Shown here one piece after another: positions 50,481 through 61,667 of a stretch of DNA of 64,000 nucleotides. Both the position numbers and the translations under genes were made by a program. Each line of letters starts with the position of its first letter. Position 1 is the first letter of the stretch. Origin of the DNA: Gammaproteobacteria bacterium (lineage in GTDB: Bacteria; Pseudomonadota; Gammaproteobacteria; GCA-001735895); contig JBNKUM010000101.1 of NCBI GenBank assembly GCA_050298595.1, forward strand, positions 32,001 through 96,000, written 5' to 3'. Under the pieces are notes generated by a model. That model saw only the letters and a program-made list of their open reading frames with translations, made no database searches and was not told the DNA's origin.

Positions 50481-50692
50481 CTCTAAAGGCGTATAGAAGA
50501 AAAATTGAAAATGAGTATATTATTGCCACTAATAATGACAGTATTCAAAGCTAAGTCGAAAAGTATGGTAGTCTATAGGAATCTAGCCTGGGGCATGAGG
50601 GCACTAAAAAATGGCACTGGTGATTTTCTTGAAATTAACTATCTTTGCATGTAAATCACAGTATCGATTTGCATGATTTACGGATTGTTATA

Positions 50693-52111
50693 ATGGGTGA
50701 TGAAGTCAGCAAAGATCATTTTAGCGCCAGAGACTATCAACGCTTTGAAAAAAAACTGGCAGTGGAAATGGATTTTGTACGCCAGCTATTTGCTGAGCAG
50801 CGCTTTGATAACTTGAGCAGACGGCTGGGTTACGAGCTGGAACTCTGCCTGCTGGATTATCAGGGAAAACCTGTCGGTCTGAATCACGAAGTACTACAGC
50901 AGGCTGATAACCCCTTATTCACCTACGAACTAGCGCGCTATAACCTGGAAATCAATGGACATGCTTTTAATGTTGATACGCAGGTGTTGCAAAACATACA
51001 GCAGGATCTTGATCAATTATTCCGGCAGGTTGTCAAGGTTACCGATGACTTAAATATACAGCCCGGATTGTTTGGTGTGTTACCCAGCCTTCGCCAGGAA
51101 CACCTTGATAGCGAATTTTATATGTCCGATATGTTTCGCTACCGACTATTGAATCAGCAATTGATGAGTATGCGTGGGCAGGATGTTCGGTTAGAGATAC
51201 AGGGAGCAGATCGTCTTCAGGTAGAACGCAGCGATGTCATGCTAGAAGCGCTGGGTACATCGCTTCAGGTTCATTTACAGATCCCTTATGAAGAAGCCGT
51301 AGATAGTTACCATGCCGCTTTATGGTCAAGTATGGCGATGCTTGCAGTGAGTGCTAACTCACCGCTTGTATTGGGTAAATCCTGCTGGCAGGAATCCCGT
51401 ATTGCTATCTTCAAACAATCGGTAGATACACGAAACACGCAGGAAATCCGTGATGCGATTGTCCCAAGGGTGCATCTATCGAAAGGTTATATCAGTTCCT
51501 TTCTGGATTTGTTTGAAGATAATGGCTATTACAGTCCAATTCTGCCTGAGGTGATTGACTGTCCCGTTGAAGAGTTGCACCATTTTAATTTACATAATGG
51601 CACCATCTGGCGTTGGGTCCGTCCTATTTTAGGATGTGACTCCAGCAACAGTTATCACCTTCGCCTGGAATTACGGGTTGCACCTTCTGGACCAACTCTG
51701 GTCGATACACTGGCGAATATAGCCTTCTATGTTGGCCTGACTGAAGGCTTACGTATGCAGCCGCAGCAATTAACCCAGATTCCATATCATAGTCTGGATC
51801 AGGATTTTTATCATGTGGCCAGACATGGACTGGGTGCAGAGGTGACCTGGTGTAATGGTAAAATGGGCAGTATGCAGCAAATTCTTTTAAAGTATGCGAT
51901 TCCGATTGCCCATCAGGGCCTGATCAATTTGGGTATCGGGCAGGTGGATCAATGGATCGATATTATTCAGCAACGTACCATCACAGGTCAGACAGGTGCA
52001 AAATGGATGCTGGATCACTGGTCCAAATATTCTGATACTTCAAAATTGGTGCGGCAGTATATGCAACATGCGCGTAAGAATATTCCAGTTCATCTGTGGC
52101 CGACATCTTGA
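50693..52111 (+). CDS. Glutamate-cysteine ligase family 2 (carboxylate-amine ligase) protein
   Basis: GYELE, ELARYNLE, TSLQVHLQ, SANSP, HNGTIWRWVRP, RLELR. Confidence 0.85.
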   Translation: MGDEVSKDHFSARDYQRFEKKLAVEMDFVRQLFAEQRFDNLSRRLGYELELCLLDYQGKPVGLNHEVLQQADNPLFTYELARYNLEINGHAFNVDTQVLQNIQQDLDQLFRQVVKVTDDLNIQPGLFGVLPSLRQEHLDSEFYMSDMFRYRLLNQQLMSMRGQDVRLEIQGADRLQVERSDVMLEALGTSLQVHLQIPYEEAVDSYHAALWSSMAMLAVSANSPLVLGKSCWQESRIAIFKQSVDTRNTQEIRDAIVPRVHLSKGYISSFLDLFEDNGYYSPILPEVIDCPVEELHHFNLHNGTIWRWVRPILGCDSSNSYHLRLELRVAPSGPTLVDTLANIAFYVGLTEGLRMQPQQLTQIPYHSLDQDFYHVARHGLGAEVTWCNGKMGSMQQILLKYAIPIAHQGLINLGIGQVDQWIDIIQQRTITGQTGAKWMLDHWSKYSDTSKLVRQYMQHARKNIPVHLWPTS

Positions 52112-52133
52112 GTAACAACTGGTAAAAGTATTA

Positions 52134-53141
52134 ATGAGCGAGAATTTTTCTATCATCGACCATCTGCCTGATGGATTTTTTGATGCTGAAATCAATAATA
52201 TTCGAAGTGTATTTCCACAACCTACACTAGTGCAGTTAACAGGTGATAAACCAGAAACTTTGTTCGTATCTATTCTGTTACATGGCAATGAATACTCAGG
52301 TCTTAAATCACTGCAATTGTTATTACAAAAATATCAGGACCATTTACCGCGCTCCCTCAGTTTTTTTGTAGGGAATGTTGAAGCGGCAGAAGCCAATATG
52401 CGCGTACTTGTGGGACAGACTGACTTCAATAGATGCTGGCCTGGTACCGAAATGGAACCCAATACGGCTACACGCATGATGCAACAGGTAGTTGAAGCGC
52501 TGACAACAGGACCTCTGTTTGCAGCGATAGACCTGCACAACAATAATGGTATCAATCCGCATTACGCAGGTATGACCGATGTTACCGATGAAAACCAGTA
52601 TCTGGCGGCTATGTTCAACCATATCGCACTGTTTTTTGAAATGCCCAAAGGTGTGTCCACTATGGCATTTAATGGAGTCTGTCCTGCGCTCACGCTTGAA
52701 TGTGGACGCCCCGGTGATGAATTTGGTATTCAGCATGCCACAGAATTGCTGGATGCCTTATTACACCTGGACCACTTTCCACAACGCCCGGTAGCTATGC
52801 ATGATTTACAGCTGGTGCAATCGCAGGTAACTTTGAATATCCCCGACGATGTGAGTTTTGAATTTAATCTGTCTGCGCAGGCAGACCTGACCTTCGAGCA
52901 GGGTTTCGACAGAAGGAACTTTACTGAAATTAAAACCACCGATGTCTTTGCCTATACCCGTATTGACCGGCCTCTGCTAATCACCAATCGACAGGGCAAA
53001 GATGTCACCGATGACATCATACGAATAGAAAATGGAAAGGTATTTCTGAATAAGGTTTTTATGCCTTCGATGATCACAATGGATAAATATGTTGTTAGAC
53101 AGGACTGTCTGTGCTATCTGATGTCGGATTATCACGAGTAA
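52134..53141 (+). CDS. M14/succinylglutamate desuccinylase-like metallopeptidase
   Basis: LHGNE, DFNR, IDLHN, TLECG. Confidence 0.85.
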   Translation: MSENFSIIDHLPDGFFDAEINNIRSVFPQPTLVQLTGDKPETLFVSILLHGNEYSGLKSLQLLLQKYQDHLPRSLSFFVGNVEAAEANMRVLVGQTDFNRCWPGTEMEPNTATRMMQQVVEALTTGPLFAAIDLHNNNGINPHYAGMTDVTDENQYLAAMFNHIALFFEMPKGVSTMAFNGVCPALTLECGRPGDEFGIQHATELLDALLHLDHFPQRPVAMHDLQLVQSQVTLNIPDDVSFEFNLSAQADLTFEQGFDRRNFTEIKTTDVFAYTRIDRPLLITNRQGKDVTDDIIRIENGKVFLNKVFMPSMITMDKYVVRQDCLCYLMSDYHE

Positions 53142-53144
53142 GCA

Positions 53145-53423
53145 ATGAAGCCATCAACCACTGAAGCGATGTATCTATTGATCCAGCAGATCAGGGAGGC
53201 CATACCCTTTGATACCCAGTTTAGGGATGTGTGTAGTGAAGATTGTCGTGGTTGTTCAATGAAATTACTGGAGTACCTGGACAGCGAACTGGAAAGTTGG
53301 GAATATCGACTGGAACAACATGAAGTCCCCGATTTTCGTGACCTGTCTAAACTTGAACGCAGTGGACGAAAAATTTATAAAGCGTTGCAGAAAAATGGTT
53401 TGATCAACCAATCACAAAATTAA
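53145..53423 (+). CDS. Small hypothetical protein with CxxxCxGC motif
   Basis: CSEDCRGCSMKLLEYL; starts 3 bp after the peptidase gene. Confidence 0.7.
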   Translation: MKPSTTEAMYLLIQQIREAIPFDTQFRDVCSEDCRGCSMKLLEYLDSELESWEYRLEQHEVPDFRDLSKLERSGRKIYKALQKNGLINQSQN

Positions 53424-53667
53424 AATGCTACAGATATCAACTATTTGTTAGGAAAGGATTGTTGTCAGTATAAAATAGTGTTTTTTTTCAATTTTGTGTT
53501 CTAGAATTATAACTTCCTAAATGAGGGGGGCTCCCTGTCCTAAAGTGATCATTTTTTAATGATTGTTCCTGTTTAGTACAACTAAAAAGATGCAAGGATG
53601 ACTGGATACCTAAGACTTCACGTTTTTGCATTTACTAAAAAAATTCTTGAAGTGTATGGAAATTTTG

Positions 53668-55320
53668 ATGGACCCTTATACGACTCTAGGCATATCACAG
53701 CATGTAACAGAAGATGAACTTAAAAGAGCTTTTCGTAAGAAGGCAATGGAGTGTCACCCTGATAGAGCGGGATCCTCACCAGAAGCAAAAGAAAGGTTTT
53801 TTGGAATATCTCAAGCTTATAAGGCTATTTCCAAAGAACTTAAAAATAAAGCACGACTGGATCAAACTGCCTCTGCTCATAAACACCAGAGTGACAAAAC
53901 TTCTAATTTTCATGACGTATATTGGAAGGAAGTGCTTGAATATGCTAGTGACCTTGCTGAATCAGGGTATACAAAGGAAGCTGTCAGAGTAAAGGTAGCG
54001 CAAAAAGGCTGTGATGAAAAAATGGCCAGGTTGATCTCAGATCAGGCTTTTAAAATGCAGGATAAATTTAAAAGCAGACATGATGTAGATGAAATCAGGG
54101 GTAATAAATATGCCGGAAATATACCAAGGAAATTTAATTACCAGTCAATAGCTGCTCTACTGGGAGAGCAAAATGCAGGTAGATCAGGCTTGAGTAAAAC
54201 CAGTTATTACCTGGATGCATTTAATGAACTTTATGCGGATATTGAATCGGGTGCAATTTTTCCAACCAGCAAAAATCGTTATTTAAGTAAAATATTCAAC
54301 CTGGCTATAGTGCTTTTTTTACTCTTTGCGGCCTCTGTTTATTATCTTCCCGTAGTGTACAAATTTATTCCTTTGGGGCCACTAGACTTATTCCAGCTGC
54401 CTAATATCATTTTGTCGTTCATGCTTGTCTGGTCTGTGTATAGAAAGCTCTGGCTGCTATCATTAATTGGCATAGCAATATTTTCGGCAACACAAACGTA
54501 TTATTACTACAGCATGCCTGTTTCATTAGAGGAAGATTATAGTTCGATTTTGCTAACCTCATTTATATGCTACTTGCCTTTTATAATGTTATCTCGCGGG
54601 GCAAATTTCTTTTTTTACGTAAAAACGAAAAATATTATAGAGGCAGTCGATCTTCACTATTCTGAACTTGAAGAAAAACTCATTCTAATTAGGAACAGTG
54701 GTGGAGTATCAAGAATATCTGCTTTCATTGTTGTAGTTTTACTTTCATTTTATTTTCTTTATATGATTCCAGAAAAAGGATCGCTCTATAAAAAATACAA
54801 CTGGTTGGTTTATGATGACAAAATAAAAGAAAATAAAGATTTCAAACATATTCAATCTCGCGAAAGTGAGTCTGATCGTCTATACAAACTGGCCGAGGAG
54901 AATTTTAATCGTAATCCTCCACAATATGAGCAGGCCAAAATAAGCTATATGCAGGCAGCTGAATACGGGTCGTTACTATCTTATTATAAGTTAGGTTTTA
55001 TGTTTTTCGTGGGTAAAGGGGGCGTTCAGGATGATAAAAAGGCGTTCTACTATTTTAATAAAGCTGTAAATTCACCGCTTGCAAACCAGCCTCATAACCT
55101 TAGTCTGGTAACTAAATGGTTATCCGAATCTTATCGAAGTCTCGGTATTATGTATCTGGGTGGTTATGGGACTGCGAAAAATCACCAAAAAGCACAGGAA
55201 ATGTTTAGTCAGGCTATAAAATATGGGGCATCGAACGGAATCAAAAACCTGATGCATATTGAAAAACTCAAAAATCAGAACTTGCGTATTCAGATCACTT
55301 TACCTGAATATGGCCAGTAG
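53668..55320 (+). CDS. J-domain + multi-TM + Sel1-like repeat protein
   Basis: DPYTTLG...AMECHPDR; several TM segments; AAEYG...LGFMFFVGKGG and LGIMYLGGYG Sel1 repeats. Confidence 0.8.
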   Translation: MDPYTTLGISQHVTEDELKRAFRKKAMECHPDRAGSSPEAKERFFGISQAYKAISKELKNKARLDQTASAHKHQSDKTSNFHDVYWKEVLEYASDLAESGYTKEAVRVKVAQKGCDEKMARLISDQAFKMQDKFKSRHDVDEIRGNKYAGNIPRKFNYQSIAALLGEQNAGRSGLSKTSYYLDAFNELYADIESGAIFPTSKNRYLSKIFNLAIVLFLLFAASVYYLPVVYKFIPLGPLDLFQLPNIILSFMLVWSVYRKLWLLSLIGIAIFSATQTYYYYSMPVSLEEDYSSILLTSFICYLPFIMLSRGANFFFYVKTKNIIEAVDLHYSELEEKLILIRNSGGVSRISAFIVVVLLSFYFLYMIPEKGSLYKKYNWLVYDDKIKENKDFKHIQSRESESDRLYKLAEENFNRNPPQYEQAKISYMQAAEYGSLLSYYKLGFMFFVGKGGVQDDKKAFYYFNKAVNSPLANQPHNLSLVTKWLSESYRSLGIMYLGGYGTAKNHQKAQEMFSQAIKYGASNGIKNLMHIEKLKNQNLRIQITLPEYGQ

Positions 55321-55340
55321 TATGGATTAGTAAAAAAGTT

Positions 55341-55856
55341 GTGGCATCAAAAACAATAATTGCTCTCATTCTTTTACTCCATGCCAGCACATTATATGCA
55401 GTAAAATTTCATAGATATATGAATGAAAAGGGTGAAATTGTATTCAGTAATGTGCCAAAACAATGCATAAATAAATCGGCATTAACCTGTCTGCAATATC
55501 ACCCCGTAATTTCCTCTGGCGCCACTGGGTCTCTTTCATCAGACAAAGCAAAACTGAATTTTAAACAATCAGGAAAAAAGGCAATACAAGTGGAATATAA
55601 CAAGCCCCAAAAAATCGATAATAGTAATGGTTCCTACGATACATCCTTTGATATTCTGAACAATATTGTAGAGATGAATAATCTGATGAATGAGTATTAT
55701 GCAGGTGAATCCGATCCGGCTGAAGCAAATAAGGTACGACAACAGCAGGAATATATTTTAGATGTGCTTCAAGTGATCAAAGGTGTCTCAAGCGAGGGTG
55801 AAAAAAGCTCAATTGAAAAGTCAATCGACATTCTACGCAACAATCTAGTTGATTAA
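55341..55856 (+). CDS. Secreted hypothetical protein (DUF4124-like N-terminus)
   Basis: Signal peptide then RYMNEKGEIVFSNVP. Confidence 0.65.
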   Translation: MASKTIIALILLLHASTLYAVKFHRYMNEKGEIVFSNVPKQCINKSALTCLQYHPVISSGATGSLSSDKAKLNFKQSGKKAIQVEYNKPQKIDNSNGSYDTSFDILNNIVEMNNLMNEYYAGESDPAEANKVRQQQEYILDVLQVIKGVSSEGEKSSIEKSIDILRNNLVD

Positions 55857-55995
55857 TCGGTGATTTTTGGTTGAATTTTTCCAAAAGTAACGGCAAAGTA
55901 ACTAATCAGAAATATTGACGTTTGGAATAGAATCGAATCCTCTCCCAGGCTTATTTTGTAGCCATATATTACACTCATACTTACTGGAAAAAGGA

Positions 55996-56892
55996 ATGAA
56001 ATACTTAGGAGTTATTTTTAGTTTTATCGCAATTTTATTATCTCAATCAGTAATCGCTGATGAACCTCAACCAGCAAACGAACAGGATCAATACATAATT
56101 GCTGCCAAAAAGATCTGGCAGTCTCTTGATAGACAGACGGGTGATATTACACTTCCTGGAGGAGTAGCTACCTTAAAAGTACCTGACAGTTTTTATTATC
56201 TAAATCCTGATGATGCTGAAACCGTACTGGTGGATGTGTGGGGGAATGTTCCTGGCGCAGGTAAGGAAACTCTCGGCATTCTTTTCCCGGCCAATAAAAC
56301 ACCCTTTGACTATGGCTCCTGGGGAGTGACTATTGAATACGAACAAGATGGTTATGTTTCCGATGAGAATGCGGATACGCTAGACTATAGCGATCTATTG
56401 TCGCAGATGAAAGAGGATACCAGAGATTCCAGTAAGCAGCGTGTTCAACAGGGTTATGAGCCTATTGAGTTGATCGGTTGGGCATCCGAACCCTTTTATG
56501 ACAGGGCGTCACATAAATTACACTGGGCAAAAGAAATCAAGTTCGGTGATCAGGAAGTGAATACGCTGAACTACAATATCAGGATATTGGGCAGGAAAGG
56601 TGTCCTGGTTTTGAATTTCATAGCGGGTATGGATCAGAAAGCCGAGATTGATTCCAATATTGATACCGTATTAGCCTTAGCAGAATTTAATCAGGGCTCT
56701 CGCTATTCCGATTTTGATCCCAGTATCGATAAAGTAGCCGCTTATGGTATAGGAGCCCTGGTTGCTGGAAAAGTGATCGCAAAAACGGGCTTAATCGCAG
56801 CGGGTTTGATCTTTCTGAAGAAGTTTGGAATCTTTATAGTCATTGGGGTTGGTGCGTTATTTAGAAAACTGTTTAACAGGCAAAAAGCCTAA
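55996..56892 (+). CDS. DUF2167 family membrane-anchored protein
   Basis: WGN, GYVSD, GW...PFYD..SHKLHWA, LNYNIRILGRKG, DKVAAYGIGALVAG. Confidence 0.88.
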   Translation: MKYLGVIFSFIAILLSQSVIADEPQPANEQDQYIIAAKKIWQSLDRQTGDITLPGGVATLKVPDSFYYLNPDDAETVLVDVWGNVPGAGKETLGILFPANKTPFDYGSWGVTIEYEQDGYVSDENADTLDYSDLLSQMKEDTRDSSKQRVQQGYEPIELIGWASEPFYDRASHKLHWAKEIKFGDQEVNTLNYNIRILGRKGVLVLNFIAGMDQKAEIDSNIDTVLALAEFNQGSRYSDFDPSIDKVAAYGIGALVAGKVIAKTGLIAAGLIFLKKFGIFIVIGVGALFRKLFNRQKA

Positions 56893-56986
56893 GTACTTTG
56901 ATTATTAAATATCGATAAAGAACGGTTAAAAATTAGCTGATGATGTCATATGATCATCCATCAGCATTGTCAGGAGTGATATTACA

Positions 56987-57307
56987 ATGGGTGGTTTTTA
57001 TATGCTGGCAGGGACTCTAACCAGTGATCAGTCGCTGCAACAGCTTGCTTCACAATTTAAAGAGCTGGGTATGGCAGTTGAGATCGAAGACGATGAGCTT
57101 GAACTTGATAGCCCTGCTAACCTGGCTGTTCGCAGTGGCTTTGATCATGAATATATTCTGGTTGGAGATTCGACAGAGCGCGAGTTGCTGTTGGGTGAGT
57201 GTGAACGCTTTTCCGGATTATTAAAGCAGATGCAGATGGTCCATGAAATGGAGATCTACGATACCCGTAATGAATTAATCCATCAGTTTAACTATCACAT
57301 AGAATGA
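56987..57307 (+). CDS. Hypothetical protein
   Basis: 106-aa acidic ORF with AGGAG RBS. Confidence 0.65.
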   Translation: MGGFYMLAGTLTSDQSLQQLASQFKELGMAVEIEDDELELDSPANLAVRSGFDHEYILVGDSTERELLLGECERFSGLLKQMQMVHEMEIYDTRNELIHQFNYHIE

Positions 57308-57930
57308 TTTAACCAACGGCGAATATTTTCCTCTATCTGGGGGTATGGCTGATATCCTCGAGTCAGGACTGTATGGGCGACAGGCGTTTGACCAATCAGA
57401 GTAGGGAAGCCACTTACTTTCAGGTAGCGGGCATAATCAAAGCTTTGTTGGGTAATACGTGACGTTTCGGGGTCATCGAGAAAACGCATGAATTCTTCTT
57501 TTTCCAGACCAAATGATTGCGCGAGTTGATGCAGCTGCTCAGATGATGTGATATCAAGGTTACATTGATAAAAACTCTGTTGCAGATGTTTCAAAAAGGC
57601 CAGGGCTTTTGAGCTGTCCATTCTGAAACAGGCAATAACTGCTCGGCTGGCAGGTTCGGTATCGTAGATAAAATTACTGCGCTCGAAAAAGTCAAAATCA
57701 AAGGGCTGCCCCGATGCCTGTTGAACATGTTCCCAGTGTTTTTTGATTTCCTGTTTTGCTGCATTATCCATGATCCGGGTGTTACCTGGACTTAACCCAC
57801 CCATGAACATCTGTATCGGCAAGTCACTAAAGGTATCTCGAACTTGCTGGATTACCGGTGCAAATCCCCAGCACCAGGAGCACATAGGATCGGCGAAGTA
57901 GATTAATGATTTATCTTCAGTTTTATCCAT
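57295..57930 (-). CDS. DsbA-family (FrnE-like) protein
   Basis: YFADPMCSWCWGF, SGFPTL. Confidence 0.9.
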   Translation of the reverse strand: MDKTEDKSLIYFADPMCSWCWGFAPVIQQVRDTFSDLPIQMFMGGLSPGNTRIMDNAAKQEIKKHWEHVQQASGQPFDFDFFERSNFIYDTEPASRAVIACFRMDSSKALAFLKHLQQSFYQCNLDITSSEQLHQLAQSFGLEKEEFMRFLDDPETSRITQQSFDYARYLKVSGFPTLIGQTPVAHTVLTRGYQPYPQIEENIRRWLNHSM

Positions 57931-58044
57931 TTGACCTGGGAGCCTCAAAAATGGACTGATATATTACCCCATTATGGGTTAAGCTGATTACAAATCAATC
58001 CACATCAGGTAGAATTCAGCGCCTTTTTCAACTTCATACTGTTT

Positions 58045-59143
58045 ATGCTTGAAACCAACCCAATCTCATTACATATTGAAGACCTGTTAGCGCGAATTGA
58101 AGCGTTAAGGGGGTATCTTTGACTATGCCGAAAAGAAAGAACAGCTAGAAGAAATCCGTATTGAGCTGGAAGATCCGGATGTATGGAATGACCCTGAAAA
58201 AGCACAGCATCTGGGCAAGGAACGTGCACGTCTGGAAACCATTATCGATGGTCTCGATAATACGGCTAATGCAGTAAGTGATGCTGCTGAATTACTAGAA
58301 CTCGCTGAGATGGAGCAGGATGAATCCACTGTAGAGTCGATTCAGGCTGATCTGGCTAAATCTGAAGCTGTAGTTGCTGAGCTGGAATTCCGTCGCATGT
58401 TCTCTGGTGAAATGGATGCCTGTAATGCCTTCCTCGATATACAGGCTGGCTCAGGTGGTACTGAGGCTCAGGACTGGGCAGAGATGATCTTACGTATGTA
58501 TCTACGTTGGGGTGAGCGTAAAGGCTTTAAAACCGAACTGATCGAGGTCTCTGCAGGTGATGTGGCGGGTATCAAGAGTGCCACGGTACGTTTCGAAGGT
58601 GAATACGCCTTTGGCTGGTTAAGGACTGAAACTGGTGTGCATCGTCTGGTGCGTAAATCGCCATTTGATTCGGGTAACCGTCGTCATACCTCTTTTGCGG
58701 CAGCCTTTGTTTCACCCGAGGTAGACGATGATATCGATATTGAAATCGATCCCTCCGATCTACGAATTGATGTGTATCGGGCCAGTGGTGCAGGTGGGCA
58801 GCACGTTAACCGTACGGAATCTGCGGTACGTATTACGCATATCCCCACTAATGTGGTGGTGCAATGCCAGAATGATCGTTCGCAACACAAGAACAAGGCA
58901 ACGGCGATGAAGCAGTTAAAAGCCAAACTGTACGAACTTGAAATTCAGAAGAAGAATGCGGCGTCACAAAATCTGGAAGATTCAAAATCCGATATCGGAT
59001 GGGGTAGTCAGATCCGCTCGTATGTACTGGATCAATCTCGTATAAAAGATTTAAGAACCCATGTTGAGACCGGAAATACCCAGGCGGTATTAGACGGTTC
59101 TTTAGACCAATTTATTGAAGCATCACTTAAGAGTGGATTGTAA
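58045..59143 (+). CDS. prfB: Peptide chain release factor 2, translated via a +1 programmed frameshift
   Basis: ATG 58045; AGGGGG-tat-CTT-TGA-C at 58108-58123; SPF and GGQ motifs in the +1 frame. Confidence 0.97.
58108..58123 (+). promoter_or_regulatory. prfB autoregulatory +1 frameshift site
   Basis: Internal SD AGGGGG, 3-nt spacer, CTT TGA C. Confidence 0.95.
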
Positions 59144-59146
59144 GCT

Positions 59147-60664
59147 ATGAGCGAAAAGCACAACGCCAATAACGAAACTATCGAAGCGTCCGATGAAAAC
59201 AAACTGATTGCTCTGCGTCGTGAAAAACTGTCTGCCCTGCGCAAGCAGGGCCAGGCCTTCCCGAATCATTTCAGGCGTGACCATCTAGCTGCAGAGCTGG
59301 TGGTTGCCTATGAGTTTAAAAGTAAGGAAGAGCTTGAAGAACTCTCTGTAAATGCCTGTATTGCTGGAAGAATGATGTTTAAGCGCGGTAAAGGAAAAAC
59401 CACTTTTGCCAACCTGCAGGACATGAGTGGGCAATTCCAGATCTATGTACGTCAGGATGCGATTGGTGCGGAAAACTACGAGGCATTCAAGCATAGCGAT
59501 ATCGGCGATATCTTTGGAGCCGAAGGCACTTTATTCAAAACCCAGACTGGTGAATTATCACTTAAGGTGACTAGTCTGATTCTGTTGACCAAGTCGCTGC
59601 GTCCGCTACCAGAAAAATTTCACGGACTGACCGATACCGAGCAAAAGTATCGTCAGCGTTACCTTGATCTGATCATGAATGAAGAATCACGCACGGTTTT
59701 CCATACACGTAGTAAAGCCATTAATTTCATCCGCCAGTACCTCACCAAAAAGGGATACATGGAAGTGGAAACCCCGATGATGCATGTGATTCCAGGTGGC
59801 GCCACTGCTAGGCCTTTCGTCACTCACCACAATGCCTTAGGCATGGATTTATTTCTGCGTGTTGCACCAGAGTTATACCTCAAACGTCTGGTAGTTGGTG
59901 GTGTCGAAAAGGTGTTTGAAATCAACCGCAGTTTTCGTAACGAAGGTCTTTCTACCCGACATAATCCCGAATTCACCATGATCGAATTCTATGAAGCCTA
60001 TGCCGACTATATCCAGCTGATGGATTTAACTGAGGATTTACTGCGCAATCTGGCGCTTGAAGTCATTGGCAGTACCACCATCATTAATCAGGGCGAAGAG
60101 TTTGATCTGGCCAGGCCTTTTGCCCGTATGTCGGTTAAGGAATCCATCATCCACTTTAATCCTGACATTGATCCAGTAGCACTTGATGATCTGGAGCAGT
60201 GTAAGGCGATTGCCACCAGTATGAGCATCCCTTTGATGGATAGCTATGGGATTGGTAAGGTTCAGCTCGAAATTTTTGAGAAAACGGTTGAGCATCGACT
60301 GATCCAGCCGACCTTTATCACTCAGTATCCTACGGAGGTTTCTCCGCTGGCGCGACGCAATGATGATGATCCTCTGGTCACTGATCGTTTTGAATTCTTT
60401 ATCGCGGGACGCGAGCTGGCGAATGGGTTTTCGGAATTAAACGATGCAGAAGATCAGGCCGAGCGCTTTAAGCAACAGGTTGCTGACAAGGATGCCGGAG
60501 ATATGGAAGCGATGCATTATGATGACGATTATATTCGGGCGCTGGAGTATGGTTTACCACCAACGGCAGGTGAGGGGATAGGAATTGATCGGTTGATTAT
60601 GTTTCTGACTGATTCTCCAAGTATTCGTGATGTGCTGTTATTTCCGCATATGCGTCCTGAATAA
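59147..60664 (+). CDS. lysS: Lysine--tRNA ligase (class II)
   Basis: [38 protein letters not shown]. Confidence 0.97.
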   Translation: MSEKHNANNETIEASDENKLIALRREKLSALRKQGQAFPNHFRRDHLAAELVVAYEFKSKEELEELSVNACIAGRMMFKRGKGKTTFANLQDMSGQFQIYVRQDAIGAENYEAFKHSDIGDIFGAEGTLFKTQTGELSLKVTSLILLTKSLRPLPEKFHGLTDTEQKYRQRYLDLIMNEESRTVFHTRSKAINFIRQYLTKKGYMEVETPMMHVIPGGATARPFVTHHNALGMDLFLRVAPELYLKRLVVGGVEKVFEINRSFRNEGLSTRHNPEFTMIEFYEAYADYIQLMDLTEDLLRNLALEVIGSTTIINQGEEFDLARPFARMSVKESIIHFNPDIDPVALDDLEQCKAIATSMSIPLMDSYGIGKVQLEIFEKTVEHRLIQPTFITQYPTEVSPLARRNDDDPLVTDRFEFFIAGRELANGFSELNDAEDQAERFKQQVADKDAGDMEAMHYDDDYIRALEYGLPPTAGEGIGIDRLIMFLTDSPSIRDVLLFPHMRPE

Positions 60665-60683
60665 ACAGTTTTCTACATCAGTA

Positions 60684-60715
60684 ATAAAAAGCGCCCACAA
60701 CAGTGGGCGTTTTTT
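60684..60715. terminator. Bidirectional rho-independent terminator
   Basis: AAAAAGCGCCCAC-aaca-GTGGGCGTTTTTT. Confidence 0.88.
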
Positions 60716-60747
60716 GGTTTGGTCACTTAAAAAAAAAGCAGGGTAAA

Positions 60748-61563
60748 TTAAGCGATAGCCTCTTTGATTTCTGCAACGCCACCAGACATATCAATCTCTT
60801 CAAAACTCTCCATACCGACACGGGCAAGTGAGCCAACCTGAGAGGTGTCAACATGTCCCAGAGGGTGGTTAGTGCCCGCTACAGTCTCAATCAGGGCGAC
60901 CTGAACCACATCGGTAAAATCCGGAGCACCATTATTAACGCGATTAATATCAAGATGCTCCTCAGGAACCATAACAATATCATCATGAAAATCCCACTTT
61001 CTTAGAATGGCAGCACCCACCACAGGATACAGTTCGTTGATGATTTGATCCAGGAGGCTGATGTTGTTAAGAAGTTCCGGGTCACTTTCAACTTTTACCA
61101 GTATCGGAGAAACACCGATACAATGGGTAAGCCCTGCCAGCAAGGCACTATTGGGATCCAGATTGGTGCTGGTTTTGGCCAGCATGGCACTTAATGCCGC
61201 TACATCGGTACTTAGCTTCCAGCTCTTTCTCAGGTATTTATCGACCACAGGGTTTGTCGCCTGGAAAAGTTGTTTCATAACCAGCGAGGTTGCCAGGTTG
61301 CGAACCGTTATTAAGCCCATACGAGTCACTGCGTTATGCACATTATCTGAAGAGCTCAGCCCTCGGTAAAGAGCCGAGTTTGCTACCTGAATAATTCGAG
61401 CTGATAAGGCAGCATCTGTTTCGATGATCTCCGAGATATCCTTTATGGTTGAGTTTTCGTCATCCACAGTTTCCCGAACTTTAATGGCAACTTCAGGCAG
61501 GGTGGGTAAAGGGAGTCGATCATTCTTAAGGTCTTCAAGAATGCTTTCTTCGGTGATACTCAT
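60748..61563 (-). CDS. HDOD domain protein
   Basis: LPTLPEVA, D.ALSARIIQVANS, LAGLTH.IG. Confidence 0.88.
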   Translation of the reverse strand: MSITEESILEDLKNDRLPLPTLPEVAIKVRETVDDENSTIKDISEIIETDAALSARIIQVANSALYRGLSSSDNVHNAVTRMGLITVRNLATSLVMKQLFQATNPVVDKYLRKSWKLSTDVAALSAMLAKTSTNLDPNSALLAGLTHCIGVSPILVKVESDPELLNNISLLDQIINELYPVVGAAILRKWDFHDDIVMVPEEHLDINRVNNGAPDFTDVVQVALIETVAGTNHPLGHVDTSQVGSLARVGMESFEEIDMSGGVAEIKEAIA

Positions 61564-61667
61564 TTATTATTTTCCACTATTATAACGGTTGTAATCTATT
61601 CTGAATGCAGATTATAGATGTCAGAAATTTATTCAACAAAACAATCTGGCTAAATCCGGTAAATTTA

